The notes under the pieces are model-generated. The model worked only from the letters and a program-made list of their open reading frames with translations. It did no database searches and was not told the DNA's origin. This document shows, piece by piece, positions 25,338-29,458 of a stretch of DNA of 29,458 nt; within the stretch, counting starts at the first letter, position 1, and each line of letters begins with the position of its first letter. A program made the translations under genes and the position numbers. The stretch lies in contig JANEMG010000001.1 of the NCBI GenBank assembly GCA_024511045.1, positions 1 through 29,458 on the forward strand, given 5' to 3'. This DNA comes from Gammaproteobacteria bacterium (GTDB lineage: Bacteria > Pseudomonadota > Gammaproteobacteria > Methylococcales > Methylomonadaceae).

Positions 25338-27488
25338 GTGAACAAAAACGCATTACAGATCCTCAAGACTGTTTTCGGCTATGATCAGTTCCGCGGGCAA
25401 CAGCAGGAAATCATCAGCCATTTGCTGGACGGCCATGATGCACTGGTGCTGATGCCGACCGGTGGCGGCAAATCCCTGTGCTACCAGATACCTGCGCTGC
25501 TCAAGCCAGGCGTCGGCATCGTCATATCGCCGCTGATCGCGTTGATGCAGGACCAGGTGAACGCCCTGCACCAGCTGGGCGTCAAAGCGGCCTTTCTGAA
25601 TTCCAGCGTGTCTCCCGAGGAAGCAGGCGAAATCGAACGGCGGCTGCAGGCCGGGCAACTGGATCTGCTCTATATCGCCCCGGAAAGGCTGACCCAGGCG
25701 CGCACCCAGGCATTGTTCCAGCGCCTGGATATCGCCCTGTTTGCCATCGATGAAGCGCATTGCGTGTCCCAGTGGGGCCATAACTTCCGTGCCGACTACC
25801 TGCTGCTATCGCTGCTGCACGAACAATTCCCCGAGGTGCCCAGGATCGCCCTGACCGCCACCGCCGACGCCAGAACCCGGCAGGAAATAGCCAGGCGCCT
25901 GGGCCTGGAACAGGCCAGGGCCTTCATCAGCGGATTCGACCGCCCCAACATCCGCTACCGCATCGTACAAAAGCACAATCCCCGCCAGCAGCTGCTGCAT
26001 TTCATCAATACGGAGCATGCCGGGGACGCCGGCATCGTGTATTGTCTGTCGCGCAAGAAAGTGGAACAGACCGCACAGTGGCTGAACGACAACGGCATCG
26101 CCGCGCTTCCCTATCACGCTGGCATGCCCCATGAAACCCGGCAGCGCCATCAACACCGCTTTTTGATGGAAGAGGGCCAGGTGATCGTCGCCACCATCGC
26201 TTTCGGCATGGGCATCGACAAGCCCAATGTGCGCTTCGTCGCGCATCTGGACTTGCCGAAGAGTATCGAATCCTATTACCAGGAAACCGGCCGCGCCGGC
26301 CGCGACGGCCTGCCCGCCAATGCCTGGATGACCTACGGCCTGCAGGATGTCATCACCCTGCGACAGCTGCTGCAGGGCTCCAACGGCGACGACCTGCACA
26401 AGCGGGTGGAGCTGCACAAACTGGAGGCCATGCTCGGGCTGTGCGAGCAGATCAGCTGCCGCCGGCAGGCCCTGCTGGGTTATTTTGGCGACACCCTGGA
26501 ACAACCCTGCGGCAATTGCGACACCTGCCTGGAAAAGGTGGAGACCTGGGACGGCACCCGCGCCGCCCAGCAGGCGTTGTCCTGCATCTACCGGACCGGA
26601 CAGCGCTTCGGCGTCAATTACCTGATCGACGTACTGCGCGGCAAAAGCTCGGAGCGCATCCAAAGCTTCGGCCACGACCGGCAGAGCACTTACGGGATCG
26701 GCAAAGACCTGAGCGAACAGCAATGGCGCTCGGTGTTCCGGCAACTGGTGACACGCAACCTGGTCAGCGTCGACCTGGAAGGCTATGGCGGCCTGATGCT
26801 GACCGAACAGGCCCGGCCGGTATTGCGCGGCAAGCAGCAGCTGATGCTGCGCAAGGACCTGCTGCCGGAAAAAAGCAAGACCGGCAAACAGAAATCCCCT
26901 CGTTTTGCCCGCAGCGACGACAACCTGCTCTGGAACGCCCTGCGCCACAAACGCACCGAACTGGCAAAAGCCCAGGACATACCACCCTATACGATCTTCC
27001 ATGATGCCACATTGATGGAAATACTGGCCATGAAGCCGCAGAACCTGCAGGAGTTGGGGGAAATTTCCGGAATCGGCAAACGCAAGCTGGAACTCTACGG
27101 CGAGACCTTTCTGGCCATCATCAATGAATTTTCCTCACCGGACAAGGAACCGGGCAGCGATACCGCGGCCCTTTCCGATACGGCCTGTGAATCCCTGGCG
27201 CTGCTGCGCCTGGGCCATAGCGTGGCAGACATTGCGCAGCAGCGCGAACTGAAAGCCAGCACCATCTATTCCCATCTGGCGCAGGCCATCGAACAGGGCC
27301 TGCTGGCACTGAATCAGGCCGTGGATCTGCAGGAAAGTGAAATCAGACAAATCGAGGCGGCAATCCTGGCTCTGCCGGAAGAACTGAGCAATGCCCTGAA
27401 GCCCGTCTATGATGCGCTGCAGGGAAGCTACGATTATGGCGTGCTGCGCTGCGTGCGGGCGGCGCTGGAAAAACAGACCGGCAGCTGA
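25338..27488 (+). CDS. recQ: ATP-dependent DNA helicase RecQ with HRDC and extra C-terminal helix-turn-helix domain
   Basis: [22 protein letters not shown], the Zn-binding CRR...CGNCDTC, RQC, and HRDC ([12 protein letters not shown]), followed by about 110 extra residues. Confidence 0.97.
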   Translation: MNKNALQILKTVFGYDQFRGQQQEIISHLLDGHDALVLMPTGGGKSLCYQIPALLKPGVGIVISPLIALMQDQVNALHQLGVKAAFLNSSVSPEEAGEIERRLQAGQLDLLYIAPERLTQARTQALFQRLDIALFAIDEAHCVSQWGHNFRADYLLLSLLHEQFPEVPRIALTATADARTRQEIARRLGLEQARAFISGFDRPNIRYRIVQKHNPRQQLLHFINTEHAGDAGIVYCLSRKKVEQTAQWLNDNGIAALPYHAGMPHETRQRHQHRFLMEEGQVIVATIAFGMGIDKPNVRFVAHLDLPKSIESYYQETGRAGRDGLPANAWMTYGLQDVITLRQLLQGSNGDDLHKRVELHKLEAMLGLCEQISCRRQALLGYFGDTLEQPCGNCDTCLEKVETWDGTRAAQQALSCIYRTGQRFGVNYLIDVLRGKSSERIQSFGHDRQSTYGIGKDLSEQQWRSVFRQLVTRNLVSVDLEGYGGLMLTEQARPVLRGKQQLMLRKDLLPEKSKTGKQKSPRFARSDDNLLWNALRHKRTELAKAQDIPPYTIFHDATLMEILAMKPQNLQELGEISGIGKRKLELYGETFLAIINEFSSPDKEPGSDTAALSDTACESLALLRLGHSVADIAQQRELKASTIYSHLAQAIEQGLLALNQAVDLQESEIRQIEAAILALPEELSNALKPVYDALQGSYDYGVLRCVRAALEKQTGS

Positions 27489-27510
27489 CTGCTCGTGCCG
27501 TCGCCAGAGG

Positions 27511-27969
27511 TCAGCAGACTTCTCCCACGGCCGCAACCGACAAATCCAGAGTGCTGAACGCATAATCGGTCTGCAGGCAATGGTCCAGCCATTTGCTGAG
27601 AAAATAGTTCAACGACCATTTATAGTCCATGATCTCCCGGCTTTGCCCGGGGTTTCTGTATACTTGGGCAACGGGCGTGCGTGCGTGGTCGCGCAAGACT
27701 TCCACCAAACCGGCATCCCGATAGACGCGGATTTTCACCGCCGGCTCCAGCAATTGCCGGTCGTCGCCATCGAAACTGTGACTCAGGGTCAGCGTATAAG
27801 TGGTTTTTTCCTGAATCTGCACATGCAGACTGGGCTTCTCCTCGGCACAACCAATGGCATGACCGTCAATGCCCATCAGACCGGGTATCAGACGCAGCAG
27901 CTTCTGGTAATTGCCTTCACAGAGCTGCTCCAGATACATTGCCTTGTTGACCGGCTGAATGCTGCTCAT
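27511..27969 (-). CDS. DUF1249 (YqiB-like) protein
   Basis: LEQLCEGNYQKLLRLIP, TTYTLTL, IRVYRDAGLVEV and KWSLNYFLSKWLDHCL match the family as recalled. Start at ATG 27969. Confidence 0.8.
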   Translation of the reverse strand: MSSIQPVNKAMYLEQLCEGNYQKLLRLIPGLMGIDGHAIGCAEEKPSLHVQIQEKTTYTLTLSHSFDGDDRQLLEPAVKIRVYRDAGLVEVLRDHARTPVAQVYRNPGQSREIMDYKWSLNYFLSKWLDHCLQTDYAFSTLDLSVAAVGEVC

Positions 27970-27973
27970 GGGC

Positions 27974-28378
27974 TCAGTCTTCCCGATAGCAGGCATTGGC
28001 GCTGGCGGTTTCCCATAAAACCACCTGGTCGACGGGAAAACCACGACTCTGCACATGCCGGTAGATCATCCTGGCCAGAACTTCTGCGGTGGGATGCTCC
28101 TGCAGAGCCAGAAAACGTTCGTTGTTCTGCTCCAGCAGCGGAATGATCGGATCGTCCCGATGCAGCAAAAAATTGTGATCGAGGAACCGCTGCACATACT
28201 CTTCGACGCATTCCCTGACATCCGCAAAATCACAGACCATGTCCTGTGCATCGAGTTCTTTCCGGGTGATGGTTACCGCCGCCTTGACACTGTGTCCATG
28301 CAGGTGCCGGCATTTGCCCGGATGATTCATCAGCCGGTGTCCGTAGCAGAAATAGACCTCTTTGGTAATTGCATACAT
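27974..28378 (-). CDS. queD: 6-carboxytetrahydropterin synthase (QueD/PTPS family)
   Basis: GHRL, CRHLHGHS, LDHNFL, PTAEVLA and WET. AGGA RBS before the ATG at 28378. Confidence 0.88.
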   Translation of the reverse strand: MYAITKEVYFCYGHRLMNHPGKCRHLHGHSVKAAVTITRKELDAQDMVCDFADVRECVEEYVQRFLDHNFLLHRDDPIIPLLEQNNERFLALQEHPTAEVLARMIYRHVQSRGFPVDQVVLWETASANACYRED

Positions 28379-28432
28379 CAAATTGTTCCTGATTACGTAT
28401 GATCCTCAGCTTTGCTGAAACCCTGTAATTCC

Positions 28433-28512
28433 TGTCATCCCGGCGCCAGGAGGGACCTTGAGCGTTGGCACATTGCCAAGACGCCCAGGATTTCTCCTGG
28501 CGTCGAAATGAC
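28433..28512. repeat. REP-like family C doublet, complete
   Basis: TGTCATCCCGGCGCCAGGAGGGACCT ... AGGATTTCTCCTGGCGTCGAAATGAC form imperfect inverted arms. Confidence 0.8.
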
Positions 28513-28826
28513 TTTTTATTGGTCTTCCCGACATCAGCGCAGCACCTGCCTCTATATTGATAAGCCTAGGATGGCATTCATGACTCGACATTGATTGACC
28601 ACTGTTTTTCACTTTGGGAAATGGCTGAAGCTTGTGGGTAATCGGGAAATTGTTTGGCCTGTCTGTTGCCCCTGGATTTCCAGCGCAAATGACCTCTATG
28701 GCCCGATCGACGCCATTTTGCAGTAAAGTTCTGGGAGACGGGTAATGCGGGAAAGATGCCCTCTGCACATCCCACCGGCTCTCCGGCACACTCGAATTTT
28801 GCTGTCTTGTGCCGATGTCTGCCGCG

Positions 28827-28856
28827 AAAAAATCCTGCCGGAGAGTACTTCGGCAG
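28827..28856 (-). terminator. Possible intrinsic terminator
   Basis: Minus strand reads CTGCCG-aagtactctc-CGGCAG, then GA, then TTTTTT. Confidence 0.5.
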
Positions 28857-28964
28857 CATTTACTGTACCAGAAAAGCCGGACTGACTGTTCAGCGCTTCC
28901 CACGATCGCAGGGCCGACCTGTCGTGTCAACGGTGACTGCAGCCTTCAGGAAATCTGAAAAAAT

Positions 28965-28973
28965 ATTGTATCA
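28965..28973 (-). promoter_or_regulatory. Possible extended -10 promoter
   Basis: Minus strand reads TG-A-TACAAT, just downstream of the PilZ gene stop. Confidence 0.4.
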
Positions 28974-28990
28974 GCAATAGGCCGTGAACT

Positions 28991-29290
28991 TCACGCGCCT
29001 TTGATACTCTTTATCACGGCGGCAATCTCATACTGGCCCTTTTCCAGCGGCTTGCTTCTGACCACCTCGACATAGGCCGTCATCGGCGGCGTCACCGAAC
29101 TTTTGGGAACGATGTTGATTTCCAGGCCCTTGCCGACTTCGAATTGTTCTTCCGCGACAAAAGCCACCCCGGATCCACTCAGGGAAGTGCAATGCCCCTG
29201 ATAGAAATGGTCGGAATCGGCGGCTCTGAAAGTCAGGTCACAATCGATATCCATCCGGATATAATTACGTTTCTCATCATATTCCAGCAC
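28991..29290 (-). CDS. Single-domain PilZ protein (99 aa)
   Basis: EKRNYIRM (RxxxR) and SLSGSG (variant of D/NxSxxG). GTG start at 29290 with GGAG upstream. Confidence 0.85.
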   Translation of the reverse strand: MLEYDEKRNYIRMDIDCDLTFRAADSDHFYQGHCTSLSGSGVAFVAEEQFEVGKGLEINIVPKSSVTPPMTAYVEVVRSKPLEKGQYEIAAVIKSIKGA

Positions 29291-29458
29291 AATTTTCTCC
29301 CAAGCAATTTCTGAACATGCATTTTTTATAATAAACCTTAGAGCCATATGCAAAACTAAAAATTGATTTTGGCTGGTTGAATGCTGCGCACCCTGTGGAT
29401 GCGAATGATTCTCAATAATTACGTATTTCTATGGTGGATCCATTCTCCCGTCCAATAT

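Noticed and set aside
28406-28980. ORFs 28406..28930, 28578..28859 and 28756..28980; also a preQ1 riboswitch upstream of queD
   Set aside because: They show no recognisable protein motifs, and the longest runs through a REP doublet. No preQ1 stem with an A-rich tail was found near the queD start.
1-29458. Prophage, integron, defence island or autonomous IS
   Set aside because: There are no integrase, transposase, phage or defence-like ORFs; nearly all long ORFs are recognisable housekeeping genes.

Overview
This is an ordinary-looking gammaproteobacterial chromosomal segment. The PqqA sequence and gene families suggest a Methylococcales-type methylotroph, which is an inference only. From left to right it carries: a small membrane-protein gene; a complete pqqABCDE cluster (pqqA is missing from the supplied ORF track, 846-920); ubiX; proline iminopeptidase; an outer-membrane beta-barrel gene; a thiO-like oxidase; pyrD; a long minus-strand run (gshA-cysH-rlmH-maf-rng-yhdP-nitrilase-BamC-like lipoprotein-tldD-pmbA-SHOCT lipoprotein); recQ; DUF1249; queD; and a PilZ protein. 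I found no rRNA, tRNA, CRISPR array, transposase or integrase. The unusual signal is mostly intergenic or sub-genic. (1) A 26-codon AT-rich patch sits inside a predicted loop of the otherwise GC-biased outer-membrane gene. (2) Two MITE-like elements of about 100 bp share terminal inverted repeats but have unrelated interiors; one has a TTAG target duplication and the other lies just upstream of pqqA. (3) At least six REP-like palindrome families are nested inside one another. (4) A short BamC-like lipoprotein gene is start-stop coupled into the yhdP-nit-tldD run. (5) There are mirror-image TATAAT boxes between gshA and recQ. (6) There is a candidate small RNA after the PilZ gene. All family calls come from recognised motifs, not database searches, and several start codons were moved from the ORF track to more plausible positions.
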